Below, piece by piece: positions 1-14,074 of a DNA stretch of 64,000 nt. A program made the position numbers and the translations under genes. This stretch comes from Octopus vulgaris (lineage: Eukaryota). The stretch covers positions 86,552,001 to 86,616,000 of the forward strand of contig OX597818.1 of NCBI GenBank assembly GCA_951406725.2, read 5' to 3'. Every line of letters begins with the position of its first letter. Positions within the stretch are counted from its first letter, which is position 1. Below the pieces are notes generated by a model, which saw only the letters and a list, made by a program, of their open reading frames with translations, had not been told where the DNA came from and did not search any database.

Positions 1-106
1 CCTGGTGCAGCCTTCGGGCTCCCCAGACCCCAGTTGAACCGTCCAACCCATGCTAGCATGGAAAACGGACGCTAAATGAATGATGATAAATGATGATAAA
101 TGATGA
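1..106 (+). mobile_element. 3' terminus of an RTE-like LINE (stem-loop plus short tandem tail)
   Basis: Stem-loop cgtcc..ccatgctagcatgg..ggacg followed by a (taaatgatga)-type tandem tail, the usual form of RTE-clade 3' ends. Confidence 0.55.
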
Positions 107-120
107 TATATATATATATA

Positions 121-406
121 TAAAGGAATACAAAAAATGGGACAAGAACGCAAAACATCCAGACAGATGATACAAAAAAGGAACAAGAAAAAACAAGGAC
201 GGGTCAGTCGGAGTTTTCTTTTCTCAGTGGAGTTTCAGATTATCTTTGCAATTTCGGCTGGTAATACGACTGAAAACTCCGAATGACCCATCCTTGTTAT
301 TTCTTGCCCCTCTTTTGTATCATCTGCCTTGATGTTTTGTTATCCCTTTTTTTGTATCATCTAATTGGATGTTTTGCGTTGTTGTCCCATTTTTTGTATT
401 CCTTTA
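121..406. repeat. Foldback (inverted-repeat) element between (TA)n tracts, Penelope-like remnant
   Basis: Arms ~121-218 and ~272-406 are reverse complements (taaaggaatacaaaaaatgggacaa / ttgtcccattttttgtattccttta). Confidence 0.8.
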
Positions 407-457
407 CATATATATATATATGTCATATTTTCAGATTGTTGTCTTTCTATTTAATCC

Positions 458-527
<70 letters not shown>

Positions 528-1379
528 ATAATTTATCATCTGAAAGTTTTGAGTCTCCCTTCTGTTTTTACATATGTACGTGTATATATATTCTGTACAT
601 TTAAACACAATGTTTTATCTGTTTATTTGAAACATTGTCTCCATGTATGTATAACTGTGTGTATGTATCTGTCTGTATGTATATACATATATGTGTGTGT
701 GCGTCTTATGCATATGCATGTATGTGTGTCTGTATATATTATGTATATATGTATATACATATGTATATATGTATTTGTATCTATATATGTATTAATAGCT
801 AAACTACGAAACGTGAGCGATGAACTCGAAACGATAGCAAAGGTGGATGTAAATAAAGTCAAGTTTCTATTATTAGATTGTTCTTTTGTTCATCATTGGT
901 ACTAGTGATGTTGACCCAGTTGTGGTCATTACTAGTGACTGATAGTGGTAAAAACTCCTATCAATACTTATCAACATCTTGGAGTACCATTACCCGATAC
1001 GGTGTTGTTGAGTTTTAAGGTGCGTGGTTCTGTGCATGTATGCGTATATGGGCCGCATGCGCGTGTACTCATATGTATATGTATGTGTGTATGTGTGTAT
1101 ATGTGTGCGCGCTTTTGTGTAGATAAACAAATATATGTATATGTATATATAAACTTACATATATTTATACTCATATACAAGACTTATAAGTATATATTTA
1201 TATAAACATATATACATACGCATACATATATATGTATGTATATATATTTTTTTATGTGTGTGTGTATACGCGTATATATAGTTATCAATAACATATATAC
1301 ACATATACATACTTATAAATGTATATTTATTTAAACATATATATATATATATATTTACACATTTACACATACATAATTA

Positions 1380-1572
1380 CATATATACGTATGTACATAT
1401 GTACGTATGTATGTATGTATGTATGTATGTATGTATGTATGTATGTATGTACGTACGTATGTATGTATATGTATGTACGTACGTATGTATGTATGTATGT
1501 ATGTATGTATGTATGTATGTATGTATGTATGTATGTATGTATGTATGTATGTATGTATATATGTATGTATGT
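1380..1572. repeat. (TATG)n microsatellite
   Basis: Direct inspection. Confidence 0.95.
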
Positions 1573-1759
1573 TTACTCCCGTAATCACCAAGCTTATCTT
1601 TACAGGTTAGGAACCACCCAACACTCCATCAGCATTCACAAGTGGAGATATAAAGATATGTTTTGTCAAAATAAATAATAGCAACAAGGACGGCGTGGTT
1701 ACTATTTATGTTTATCTTGTTGTTGCTGTTGTTGCTGCTACAGCAAGTACTGTCCCTGC

Positions 1760-2410
1760 TGGTAGAGGTGATGGTGGTGGTGGTGGCGGTGGTAGTGGTG
1801 GTGGGGGTTAGTGCTTATAGTAATGTAGTGCTATAACGATGATGGTGATAGAGATGTCAATATTATTCTTGGTGGTGGTGGTGGTAGTGGGTGATAGTGA
1901 TGATGGTAGTGATGGTGATGTTAGTGTTGTTGTTGGTGGTGGTGGTGATGGTATTGGTGGTAAAGATGAGGTTAGTGGGATTGTTCTTGGTGGTGGCAAC
2001 AGTAATAGTTTTGGTGACGGTGGTGATGGGGACATTTGTGTCGTCGTTCTTGGTATAGTTGGCGACAGCGGCGGCGGCGCCGGTGTGTGTAGCAGTGGTG
2101 GCGGAAGTGACAGCGGCAGCGGCAGTGATGGTGGTGATCATGGTGGTGGTATTGTGGTGGTGATGGTAGTGGTGGTAGTGTTAGCGGTATTGATTTACGT
2201 GGTGTTGGTGGTGGTATTGATTGTGGTATTGGTGGTGGTATTATTGATTTAGCTGCGCTGTTAAAGATCGTGATGGCGTTGGTGGTTGCGTTGGTAGTGG
2301 TGGTGGTGGTGGTGCTGGTGGTGGTGTTGATGCTGGTGGTAGTGGTATTGCTCTTAGTTGTGGAGGTGGTGGCGGTGATGACCGTCGTGATCGTCGTGAT
2401 CGTCGTTATC
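1760..2410. repeat. Degenerate (GGT)n low-complexity region
   Basis: Direct inspection. Confidence 0.9.
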
Positions 2411-2962
2411 GTGATACAGAGATCGCTATAGCGGCGGCGTTGATGACGGCTGATAGTAGAGAGCAGTGAAGTGGAGGGCGAATAAAGACCGCGCTGATGT
2501 TATAAAATATCATTTGCAATGTTACCTGAACGCACCACACCCATACAGAGTAAAGATAAGGCTGAACAAAATCTAATCAAATCACGGTAATATGATTTAT
2601 ATAACCCAGATCTTCATCGGCTACTTACCACCAACCTAATAACACAAATTTGTTGTTTACATAATAACATTGAAGTTATTTTCATTTCCATGGTCTCTAG
2701 TAATTTTTCATGAGACTCTATGTTTATTTTTCACTTCTAGATAAACTAGTTGCACTCTGTAAAGAAACTCTTTACGTTTTGTACACAATAACCTTGTAGA
2801 TGTTTTTTTAGGCAACATCTTCGAATTCCTAATAAATTATATTTGAAACTCAGTAAATTTTATGTACTAAATTATTGGTCAAATTGTAGGTGGTTCACAT
2901 CCGTCTGTTTATGATTCATACTCAATAAAAAGGTGTGCGTATATTTTTTTATTCTTTTTTTT

Positions 2963-3125
2963 TTTTACTTTTTACTTGCTTCTGTCATTTGAGTGCGGTC
3001 ATACTGAAGCAGAGCCTTGGTGGAGTTTTAGTCGAACAAATCAGTCGCTTTTTTACGGGGACGTAAACAGACCAACACCGGTGGTGAAGCAGTGATGGGG
3101 GTACAAACACAGACACACACACAGA
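2963..3125 (-). mobile_element. SINE group A, degenerate 3' fragment
   Basis: Similar to the 3' part of copies at 6491-7386. Confidence 0.7.
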
Positions 3126-3162
3126 TATGTGTGTGTATGTATATATATATATATATATATAC

Positions 3163-3577
3163 CTTATAAAATAAGGGCAAAAGAAAAATTCTGATGCCAA
3201 ATATGCCGAAAATAGACAAATTGTCAACAATCATTATAATTTATGCGTCTCGAAACAAACCGATAGAAATTTCTAAAAAATTCCGTTATTAACGTATTGG
3301 TCCCAATTTCAGAGTAAATTCATCAGAATTTTCTCCTCCTCAGCGATAAATACGTCAGACATAAATGAAATACTTACTCATACTCATTGAAAAAGCAAGC
3401 ACTAAGTCCCGAGCAGACCTAAGTACCCCAAATATATCCTAAATCGAAAATTTATAAATAACTTATAAAATAAGGGCAAAAGGAAAAGTTGAGTATTTCA
3501 CTTATTTATCGCTGAGAGGAAAAATTCTTATTAATTAACTCTGAAATTGGGACCAATACGGTAATAATGGAATTTTT
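3163..3577. repeat. Composite element with a direct repeat and an inverted repeat, between (TA)n tracts
   Basis: Direct repeat cttataaaataagggcaaaag at 3163-3183 and 3462-3482; inverted arms ~3276-3352 and ~3503-3577. Confidence 0.75.
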
Positions 3578-3590
3578 ATCCTACATTAGA

Positions 3591-3888
<298 letters not shown>

Positions 3889-4181
3889 TTTATCTCAAGG
3901 TCTCTTGCCGGTTGGCCAAACTTGAAGAACCTGTCTTGCGATATTTTACTGCGACACTCTAATCACATATCCATAGTACTGGAGCTATAACCTCCCAATG
4001 AGGAAAAGTAACGGCTCGATCGGAAAGACTCCCTAATCTCCTAGCGACACAGCCTGACGAATAACGTTACTTCAGATGTCCTTGGGAGGAACCCAACATT
4101 CTTGACTATATATGAGAAGTACGAAAACCAGTTTGAAGATAGCGAGTTCGGACAATTTACCAACCCCTTGGCACATATATA

Positions 4182-4231
<50 letters not shown>

Positions 4232-4248
4232 CATACATATAAAAGTAA

Positions 4249-4577
4249 AGACCCCCTTCGGTCATGAATTACCATGGGATTGCTTCAAGAAAATTACCCT
4301 CCGAGGTACAAGTACGGGCAAGGTTGTTCATGGAAGAACAGCAGTCACCTTTGCATACCAGCTTCCCCTCTCCGTGCCACTAATATTATCCAAGGGAAAG
4401 GCAAACACTGATACTGCTTGGCACCTGTGCCTTAGCAACTCGTTTCTACAGCTGAGGCAACTGGAGCAACGTGAAACAAAGTGTCTTGCTCAATAACACA
4501 TCATACAACCCGGCCCGAGAATCGAACTCACTACCTCTTGATTGTGATCCCGATGCTCTAGCCACTGAGCCAGGGGC
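4249..4577 (-). mobile_element. SINE group C (tRNA head plus CORE-like body), tail type 1
   Basis: Minus-strand B-box GTTCGATTC; body ...cttgtttcacgttgctccagt-like; tail shared with 13640-13938. Confidence 0.8.
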
Positions 4578-4932
4578 AATCGCAGAATCGCATTAAAACC
4601 AGCCATTAACAACAGGAAGGAACTACTTGAAACAAACTGGTTGCTGTAGCAACACCGGTCTGTGTATGTCTTCTTCCTTCTTCCTCCCCCACACATCTGA
4701 GTAACGAATTTTCCATTCCTCGCGAATTCTAAATGTCCTGAAGAAGAGTTGTTAACCCCGAAATATAAAAATGCAAAGTAAAAATGCAGCTTTGTTGTTT
4801 TCTTTACTTTTCATTTTGCAGTTTAATTTGCACTTCTCGTATTGTTCCAGCCTTACACAACAAGTGTCTTTATACATACATACATACATGCATACATACA
4901 CATGCACATACATACATACGTACGTATGCACT

Positions 4933-4995
<63 letters not shown>

Positions 4996-5073
4996 GTATG
5001 TATATATATATATATATACAGGTGGTGCCCCAGCATGGCCAGGGCCTTAGCGCTGAAACATATAAAACAATAA

Positions 5074-5173
<100 letters not shown>

Positions 5174-5190
5174 TGTATAAAATATATAAA

Positions 5191-5436
5191 TGCGCCCTTT
5201 TAAAGTCTAGCCAGGCTCATGGGCCTGATTTCCCGGTTTCAATGGCGTTTGTGTTCCCTAGCTGGACGGGACGCCAGTCCATCGCAGCGTTACTCATTTT
5301 TGTCAGCTGAGTGGGCTGGAACAACGTGAAATGAAGTGTTCTGCTCAAGAAACAACGCGTCGCCCGGTCTAGGAATCGAAACCACAATCTTACGATCAGG
5401 ATGCTGACACCCTAAGCTCTAAGCCATGCGCCTCCA
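5191..5436 (-). mobile_element. SINE group C, tail type 2
   Basis: Head tggaggcgcatggcttag...gtttcgattcc; tail ...gagcctggctagactttaaaagggcgca. Confidence 0.85.
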
Positions 5437-5969
5437 CAGATATAGATGTATAGATACAAATATATAGAGAGAGATATAGATATATAGGCACACACATACA
5501 CATATATATTAATATTAATGTGTTCTCTTCTTGATCAAAGCATTTTATTTCGCATTGCTATGCGATCATTTCTATATCTGACGAATGATATACTGTGTAC
5601 TGAACAGGCAATGTCGATTCATTGAGAGGAGTAAGTTAATGTACACCATAAACATTTGATATCTTTAATCAAACGATCTGTGCAGATTGTTCAGCAAGTA
5701 ATTGTGGAATCCTCACCTATCGTTTATGATAGGAGAGTCCGCCATATGCAATGTATTTACCTGTATATCGATAGATCAGCAAGGTATGCCATACCTCTAA
5801 CCTAAAAACTATCATCACTAAATTAAATAGCCTAAACCAGTACATTCCAAAAAGGTGTGAAACAAACTTTCCAAGATCTATTACCAATTCTAGAATTAAA
5901 TGTCTAATTTTAGAACCTGTAAAAAAACAAAATTATATTTGAGACCTCTTGAAAAACTTCAACCCCTAA

Positions 5970-6400
5970 TCACTTATTATTATCATGGTCGGGTTTCAAC
6001 CCGGGTCGCAGCAACAAAGTCAGTTTGCCATACTTCTCAATCTATCATCAATGCCTCATTGACCTGGATAGATTCCAGGTCTGTGTCTGCAATCAAGTTG
6101 TTGATGTAAATGTGACGACGTTTTCTCCGTTTTACATTGCCATGAAGTTGGTTCCACAAGATTACTTTGGATGCTTCCACCCCGGGTGGCGCACATAGTG
6201 GCCAGATAATCACAGCCGTCTTTGATTGATCTTCTCGCTAACTTTCGGCAGGTCTCCATAAAGGCATCCATTTGTCATATGTTACTTCTATTTCACATTT
6301 AGGGCCATTCATAGCATCCTTGTGTAGCATTCATTTAGTGTTCATTTATTTGTCAGAGTCCATGGGTCACCGCCATATAATAGGACTGGTTTAGTGCTAA
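5970..6400 (-). pseudogene. RTE-like LINE 3' fragment (decayed C-terminus of RT ORF)
   Basis: Frameshifted minus-strand peptides RRL*LSGHYVRHP / EASKVILW / YINNLIADTDL...MID*EVW resemble RTE C-terminal motifs. Confidence 0.65.
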
Positions 6401-6490
6401 ATCACTTACCAACGTATATAGAATTCACATATGTCCTGTTACGTCTTATAAGCAATACCACTGCATATATAGGGCTATATATAGACAGCC

Positions 6491-6708
6491 TTACTCTCTT
6501 TTACTTGTTTCAGTCATTTGACTGCGGCCATGCTGAAGCACCGCCTTTAGTCGAGCAAATCGACCCCGGGACTTATTCTTTGTAAGCCCAGTACTTATTA
6601 TATCGGTCTCTTTTGCCGAACCGCTAAGTGACGGGGACGTAAACACACCAGCATCGGTTGTCAAACAATGCTAGAGGGACAAATACAGACACACAAACAT
6701 ATACACAC

Positions 6709-6757
<49 letters not shown>

Positions 6758-6907
6758 TACGACAGGCTTCTTTCAGTTTCCGTCTACCAAATCCACTCAC
6801 AAGGCTTTGGTCGGCCCGAGGCTATAGCAGAAGACAATTGCCCAAGATGCCACGCATTGGGACTGAATCCGGAACCATGTGGTTGGTTAGCAAGGTACTT
6901 ACCACAC
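6491..6907 (-). mobile_element. SINE group A, near full-length (tRNA head, CORE-like domain, internal microsatellite)
   Basis: About 420 bp, near-identical to 6971-7386, 29255-29650, 55595-56003, 56888-57295 and 61510-61908. Confidence 0.9.
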
Positions 6908-6970
6908 CATTTCTTTTAAATCTCAAAACGGTTTTTAACCCAATATTTAAAGTTGTTTACAGAATAAATA

Positions 6971-7386
6971 TACTCTTTTACTTGTTTCAGTCATTTGACT
7001 GTGGTCATGCTGGAGCACAGCCTTTAGTCGAGCAAATCAACCCCAGGACTTATTCTTTGTAGGCCTAGTACTTATTTTATCGGTCTCTTTTGCTGAACCG
7101 CTAGGTCACGGTGGACATAAACACACCAGCATCGGTTGTCAAGCGATGTTGGAGGGACAAACACAGACACAAACATATACACACACACATGCATATATAT
7201 ATACATATGTATATATACACATATATATTCGACGGGCTTCTTTCAGTTACCGTCCACCAAATCCACTCAGAAGGCTTTGGTCGACCCGAGGCTATAGTAG
7301 AAGACACTTGCCCAAGGTGCCACGCAGTGAGACTGAACCCGGAACCATGTGGTTCGTAAGCAAGCTACTTACCACACAGCCACTCC
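6971..7386 (-). mobile_element. SINE group A, near full-length, tandem to previous copy
   Basis: Multi-copy identity. Confidence 0.9.
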
Positions 7387-7781
7387 AATCTTTTCATATC
7401 TCACTGCACACAGTGCAAATAATGTTTGTTCTGCCGGTTGCTACACATAATCACTGATCAGCAAACAGCTTGTTGAAATTATAAACAAATCCACTGGGTC
7501 TTCTTTAGGCTCAAAGTTCCGGGTACCTCCGGCGAATGAAATACATGTCGAAACGCCGGTGCCCCAGAATATCTTGCGCCATTGATCCGAGTGTGATATG
7601 AACACATTGTCGTCGTAAAAAAGAGAAGTTGTCTTCTTCTGATGTACACAACAGCGACTAACATATTTTGCGTTCGAATCTGCCAGGACATATTAAGATC
7701 AAATATGCAAATCACCTTTTCAGATATTGCTGTATATCGTGCAATAAACGATCTTTGGCATGCTATTATTTATGGCTTTAA

Positions 7782-7920
7782 AGGCTGTGCGCTAGCAGAA
7801 TCGTTCTCACACCGGTTGAAATGCTTACCGGCATTTCGTCCTTCTTTACGTTCTGAATTCAAATTCCGCCGAGGTCGACTTTACCTCTCATCCTTTCGGG
7901 GTCGATAAAATAAATAGCAG
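7782..7920 (+). mobile_element. SINE group B, partial
   Basis: gttctgaattcaaattccgccgaggtcgacttt...tcatcctttcggggtcgataaa core. Confidence 0.85.
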
Positions 7921-8024
7921 TACTATCTATATACATGCAGATATATATATGTGTATATATTACACACACACACACACTATTTATATATATATATATATTA
8001 TATTATATACATATATAGAGAGAG

Positions 8025-8043
8025 AGGGGTAGACAGACAGACA

Positions 8044-8096
<53 letters not shown>

Positions 8097-8110
8097 ACAG
8101 ACAGATAGAC

Positions 8111-8186
<76 letters not shown>
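8025..8186. repeat. (GACA)/(GGCA)/(GATA)n compound microsatellite
   Basis: Direct inspection. Confidence 0.95.
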
Positions 8187-8188
<2 letters not shown>

Positions 8189-8714
8189 AAACGTGTCAGA
8201 CTCCTAACAAATTATATTCGAAACACCTTAGCAAATTCTATGTCCATATCAGTGACCGACATATATATAGGGTTTCCACACCCGTCTCAACATTTTACAC
8301 CCAATAACCCCGTATATATGTTTTAAATAAAACCCATCAAAATCCTTACAAATGCCAACCCTAAATGGGGTACTAATTTATATAGGGTTCATATCCGTTT
8401 CAATTACTCTTCAGGTTGCTTATGATCTATTTATTTAGTTAGCGTTTCGTTTCGCTTGTTGATTTGTATACACGGCAAACTATTGACGTTTCCTGTGCGG
8501 AGCCAATACAGAATTTGTGTTCACTCTTCTATGCCAAATACCGACAGCGTTTGATGTATGGAGTATCAAAACAAAGACGTAAAGAAGATATTGTCTGTCG
8601 TTGCTGGTTGAGAAATGAGAAACGAGCGGAACTCTGAAATCTTAACTCTTACTTCTTTTCTATAGCTGTAGATAAAAATCATAAATAAATATTTACAACA
8701 ACAAACGTCAGCAG

Positions 8715-8876
<162 letters not shown>

Positions 8877-9124
8877 ATAGATGCTATCAGAATCTAATCA
8901 GTAAGACAAAACCAGGGAAGCATAAAATAACCGAAAGATGTAGTGTGTCAACGCAAATTTTAGACATTAGTATATAAGGTGGAGTGTTTGACGCCAATAT
9001 TACTGATAACATCGACGGTATAGCTATTACAAGAAAAATCTGGATGATTCATCAAAAAGATTCATATCGCAAACGTTGGATGGCAAAAGAAGAAAAATGA
9101 CGAAATGATGTTGCTAACTATAAG

Positions 9125-9208
9125 AGAAGGAGAAGAAGAAGAAGAAGAAGAAGAAGAAGAAGAAGAAGAAGAAGAAGAAGAAGAAGAGAAGAAGAAGAAG
9201 AAGAGGAA

Positions 9209-9243
<35 letters not shown>

Positions 9244-9287
9244 AGAAGAAGAAGAAGAAGAAGAAAAGAAGAAGAAGAAGAAGAAGA
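9125..9287. repeat. (GAA)n polypurine tract
   Basis: Direct inspection. Confidence 0.95.
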
Positions 9288-9335
9288 TTCATCAACTGTG
9301 GCATACGAGATCTATGCCGGCGAAAGTTCAACCTG

Positions 9336-9372
<37 letters not shown>

Positions 9373-9461
9373 CCTGTTCGCTTAGCCAGCGAGGCGGTGT
9401 CATTGAAGGCTAAAACAATGAGAAGCGCATTGTGACCAGCGATGTGTAGCAATATCGCGTG

Positions 9462-9495
<34 letters not shown>

Positions 9496-9518
9496 GGAGA
9501 TTCATAAACAGACAGAGG

Positions 9519-9637
<119 letters not shown>

Positions 9638-10064
9638 GCATACAGGTAGATAGATACCATATATGTACAGAGAGCTGAACTTCAAATGTATCAGATGTAA
9701 AACAAATATAAGGATTTCTTTTGGGTTTTATTTTGTTGTTGTTGTTTTTCCTGTTGAGCATGAAATCTTAATTTCAAACACTTCAGGCTCTTTTCTTTTC
9801 TACAAAATCTTGATTGTAAGGAAAGGTATTCAGCTGTAAAAACTCCTTTCTCTAATGAGAAAATTATTGATTTCTCACTGAGACACGTATAACGGTGTGG
9901 TAATTGTAGTTTGTGAGATTGACGTCTTTCATAAATATAGAGGCAAAGTATTTGAAGTGACACCATTTCAACTGGATATTAACAGCTTAATTTTCCCTTT
10001 CTTAACCAAAATACCTATTTGTACTCTACGATAGCCGTCTCTCTAAACAGCAAAATATCGTCAA

Positions 10065-10515
10065 TGGCATAGGTTCATTCTGAGTTCAAATCCCGCTGAG
10101 GTCAACTTTGCTTTTCATCCCTGCGAGGTCGATAAAATAATGCATCAACTAGGGTTAAAGTAATCGACTTAATCCACTAATCTCCTTCCCCCAGAATTGC
10201 TGGTCTTGAGTCCTGAAAAGGATAGGCATCTCGTTCAGGGAGTATGTTGTTATCTCGCTCACTTACATGCGATACAAACTGAGCGGCGAGCTGGCAGAAA
10301 CGTTAGCACGCCGAGCGAAATGCTTAGCGGTATTTCGCCTGCCGTTACGTTGTGAGTTCAAATTCCGACGAAGTCGACTTTGCCATTCATCCTTTCGGGG
10401 TCAATAAATTAAGTACCAGGTACGCACTGGAATCGATGTAAAGTCTTAGTCCCTTTGTCTGTCCTTGTTTGTCCCCTCTATGTTTAACCCTTTGTGGGCA
10501 ATAAAGAAATAAGAA
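10065..10515 (+). mobile_element. Two SINE group B copies (degenerate 10065-10215; younger 10283-10515)
   Basis: Multi-copy core; head gcggcgagctggcagaaacgttagcacg. Confidence 0.85.
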
Positions 10516-10989
10516 TAAATGCCAGTTGACCTTATGAGACTAAGGGTTCAAGAAACGAAAAAGGATAAATGACTTTTTATGCTTCCTTTATAGAAGAAAG
10601 TGACATTTCTCCATACAAACGAACTAAAACTCCAACAAGCTTTTAAGTCTGAACAAGTCCTTGAGGACCATATAACGGAAGTAATCTTTGATGGTGAGGT
10701 ATCCATAACTCTTGACAAACGGATCCTGGCAACAACCATTTTACTGAGTTGAGTTATATGAGGAAAGGCATAATCATCACATATTCATCTTAGTACTTTT
10801 CGTTCCAGCAATTATAGGACGGCTGAAATGGTGAGCATTTGAAGTCGATTGACTAAATACAACACAGTTTGTAATTTCGATCTTCACGGTCTCGAAGCGA
10901 AATTTCGCTTGAATAGACTTTGTCGTTCGAAGATAAATAAAATTAAAAACAATAAGCTGAAGTTGATTCGGGTTAGCTAAACCTTTTCC

Positions 10990-11422
10990 ACCGCTAAATT
11001 TCTCTTTGCTATAGACACAAGATCTGAAATTATGACGCAGGGGTCTAGTCGATTGCTGAAGCTTAATTTATCGATCCCAAAAGATGAAAGCAAAGCCAAC
11101 CTGACAGAATTTGACCTCAGAATACAAGGCCAAAGAAATGCAACCAAGCATTTCGTCCAACGGAATAACAATTTTGTCGGCTCGCCATCTTATAAATTTT
11201 TTTCTACTATAGGCACAAAGTCTCAAAGTTTCGATGAAAGGGGGTTGAGGAAAGTTGATTACATCGACCACGATGCTCACCTGGTACTTATTTCATCGAC
11301 TTTAAAAGGATGAGATGCAAAGTTAACACCAGTGAAATTTGAACTTAAACAAAAATGCCCGGAAAATGCTGCTAGGTATTTTTGTGTAGCAGTGTGCTAA
11401 CTATTCTTCTAACTCGCCGCCT
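10990..11422 (-). mobile_element. Two old SINE group B copies
   Basis: Reverse complement of the group B core, heavily diverged. Confidence 0.65.
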
Positions 11423-12350
11423 TATTTCCCCAATTAAGTATAACCTTGTTCTTAGCAGCATAAAAAGTAAGATCAAAAATAAGAACAGCGAGAAAAACAA
11501 TAACAATAGAACAAGGCGATGTATGCAAATTCAGAAATAGTTGTAACTATGTCATGAACAAGAAAAGATATGCTTATTGCTTTTCATCCTGTTGTAATCC
11601 CTACAACACTGTTTGACATTTCAAGCAAACACAGCAAACACTTCAACGGTGTTAGAGGTAAATGAGATAAAGGGACTAGCGTCAACCAATCTAGTTACAT
11701 TTCCGATATTTTAAACGTCTTGAATCCGATCTATAACAAGGAAAATGATCTTTGTGAAAACATCTATAAATAATAGCTAAGAAACTATTACCAGCTTCTC
11801 CTATTACTACACTAAAAACAATAAAGGCAACAAAACATCACGGAATATTTCGTTTCGTTTTTTTCCAGTCTCCAGGTAGATGAACCTTTTATGTAATAAA
11901 ACATTTCAGTCACCCACTTAAAGCCCCAAATAATTTGTTCTTCTCCTGTTACCTATAAAGGATACCATTCCTTTAGTATATTTACACTTTTCTGGCACCA
12001 CATTGCTGGCTTCTATCCAACCACATAACCATTAATTGCGTTTATGTTTCTCATCGTTCATATTGTATTGTACACGCCCACGTTTACCAAAACATGAGGA
12101 ATATCGGTGATTGACTTCTTTAACCCGCTTGACATCCTTGGTTCCGTCATAAGTACTTCCTCTTTTAAAGTAATTTAAATAAAAAGCTAATTTATGTTCT
12201 AAACATACATGATAAAATTTTATTTTCCCCAAATTCTTCATTATAAGTGCATGCATGGTCGTGTGGTTAAGAAGCTAGCTTTTGCAACGACGTCGTTTTG
12301 GGTTCAGTCCCAATACATTGTGAGTGAATTGATCGGCAGAAACTATGTAA

Positions 12351-12770
12351 GGGTGGCGAGCTGGCAGAATCGTTAGCGCGCCGGGCGAAAAATTTAGCGG
12401 TATTTCGTCTGCCGTTACGTTCTGAGTTCAAATTCCGCTGAGGTGGACTTTGCCTTTCATCCTTTCGGGGTCGATAAATTGAGTACCAGTTACGCACTGG
12501 GGTCGATATAATCGACTTAATCCGTTTGTATGTCCTAGTTTGTTCTCTCTGTGTTTAGCCCCTTGTGGGTAGTAAAGAAATAGGCATTTCATCTGTCTTT
12601 ATGTTCTGAATTCAAATTCCGCCGAGGTCAACTTTGCCTTTCATCCTTTCGGAGTCGATAAATTAAGTACCAGTTTCGCACTGGGGTCGATATAATCGAC
12701 TTAATCCCTTTATATGTCCTTGTTTGTACCCTCTATGTTTAGTCCCTTGAGGGTAATAAAGAAATAAGAA
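12351..12770 (+). mobile_element. SINE group B dimer inserted in an old group A SINE
   Basis: Two units; flanking TSD-like agaaactatgt / agaaattatgt. Confidence 0.85.
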
Positions 12771-13639
12771 ATTATGTGGAAGCCCGTCATATATACATAA
12801 GAAGAGGAAAAGCGCTTTCCCGATTCATATAGACTCATTAGACCTGTTTCCAAGTTTCTGTGGCGTATATATTCACTCCCTGGACGGGAAGCTGGTCCGT
12901 CGCAGGATTACTTACTTTTGGACTGGAGTGGGCGGAAATGAAGTGGACAGGAGCACATTCCTCCCATGAACATCCTGTCTATTATCCAACCACAAACAAG
13001 ATTCTATTTTCCAAAGAGGTTTAAAGACAGTAGGAAAATTTGATTACTACAGAGTATGCCCCCAGCCAAAACAAAATCCTCAACTTACCATTTATAGAAA
13101 ACGTTTGAACTCAACAATAAACGTGCAGTGTTCACCACTTCAAGCTACTATAAAGGAACAGCAAAAGATTATATATAGGAAGCTTACATTATCATCTGCC
13201 TAACCTTATGAGCGCCACACCAATAGCCGTGAAGAATACAGAAGGTTTTTATGCCGCACTCTGTGTTTTTAACAGTTCAACAGACCATGTAGTGTTCTGT
13301 TTTACAAAAGAGATGTTGGGGAGTTCTGTTCGAGTACTCGAGAAAAAGTGGAGCGATAGAGGTATTTTTAATTGCCCTAATTTTCAAAGAAATTTTAAAT
13401 TTTTATCCTGTGAGAGAATCTTCTAGTAATATGAGTATTAACGGTCCTAACTTTGTTTTTGTATTCCAGATTATATAGATGAAATGACTTATGGGTAAAC
13501 TAGTCTTTTAATGGTGACCAGTATGTTGGTAGTTGTGGTTTGTGGTTACCAAAGCCATGAAAGAAGCCCGTCGTATATATGTATATTTATACATGTATAT
13601 GTATGTGTATGTATGTCTGTATATATATATGTATCTCTG

Positions 13640-13938
13640 AGACCCCCTTCGGTCATGACTAACCATGGGATTGCACCTAGAAAGTTACCCTCCCAGGCAC
13701 AAGTCCGGACAAGGTTATTTATGGAAGACCGGCAGTCGCCCATGCATACCGGCCTCTCCTCTCCACGCCACCAGTGTTATCCAAGGGAAAGGCAAAGGGG
13801 CCGATACAGCTTGGCACCTGTGATGTCACAACTCATTTCTACAGCTGAGTGAACTGGAGCAACGTGAAATAAAATGTCTTGCTCAAGGACACAACACGCA
13901 GCCCGGTCCGGGATTCGAGCTCACAACCTCACGATCTT
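13640..13938 (-). mobile_element. SINE group C, tail type 1, nested in a group A copy (13535-14240, +)
   Basis: Homologous to 4249-4577; group A fragments on both sides. Confidence 0.8.
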
Positions 13939-13970
13939 ATGCATATATGCATATATATGTGAATATGTGT

Positions 13971-14074
<104 letters not shown>

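Noticed and set aside
10548-10739. Possible mariner-like WPPxSPDL motif (WSSRTCSDL)
   Set aside because: Too diverged; no other transposase motifs or TIRs seen
13180-13270. Possible LINE AP-endonuclease remnant (ATPIAVKNTEGFYAAL)
   Set aside because: Single weak motif that cannot be supported without a profile search
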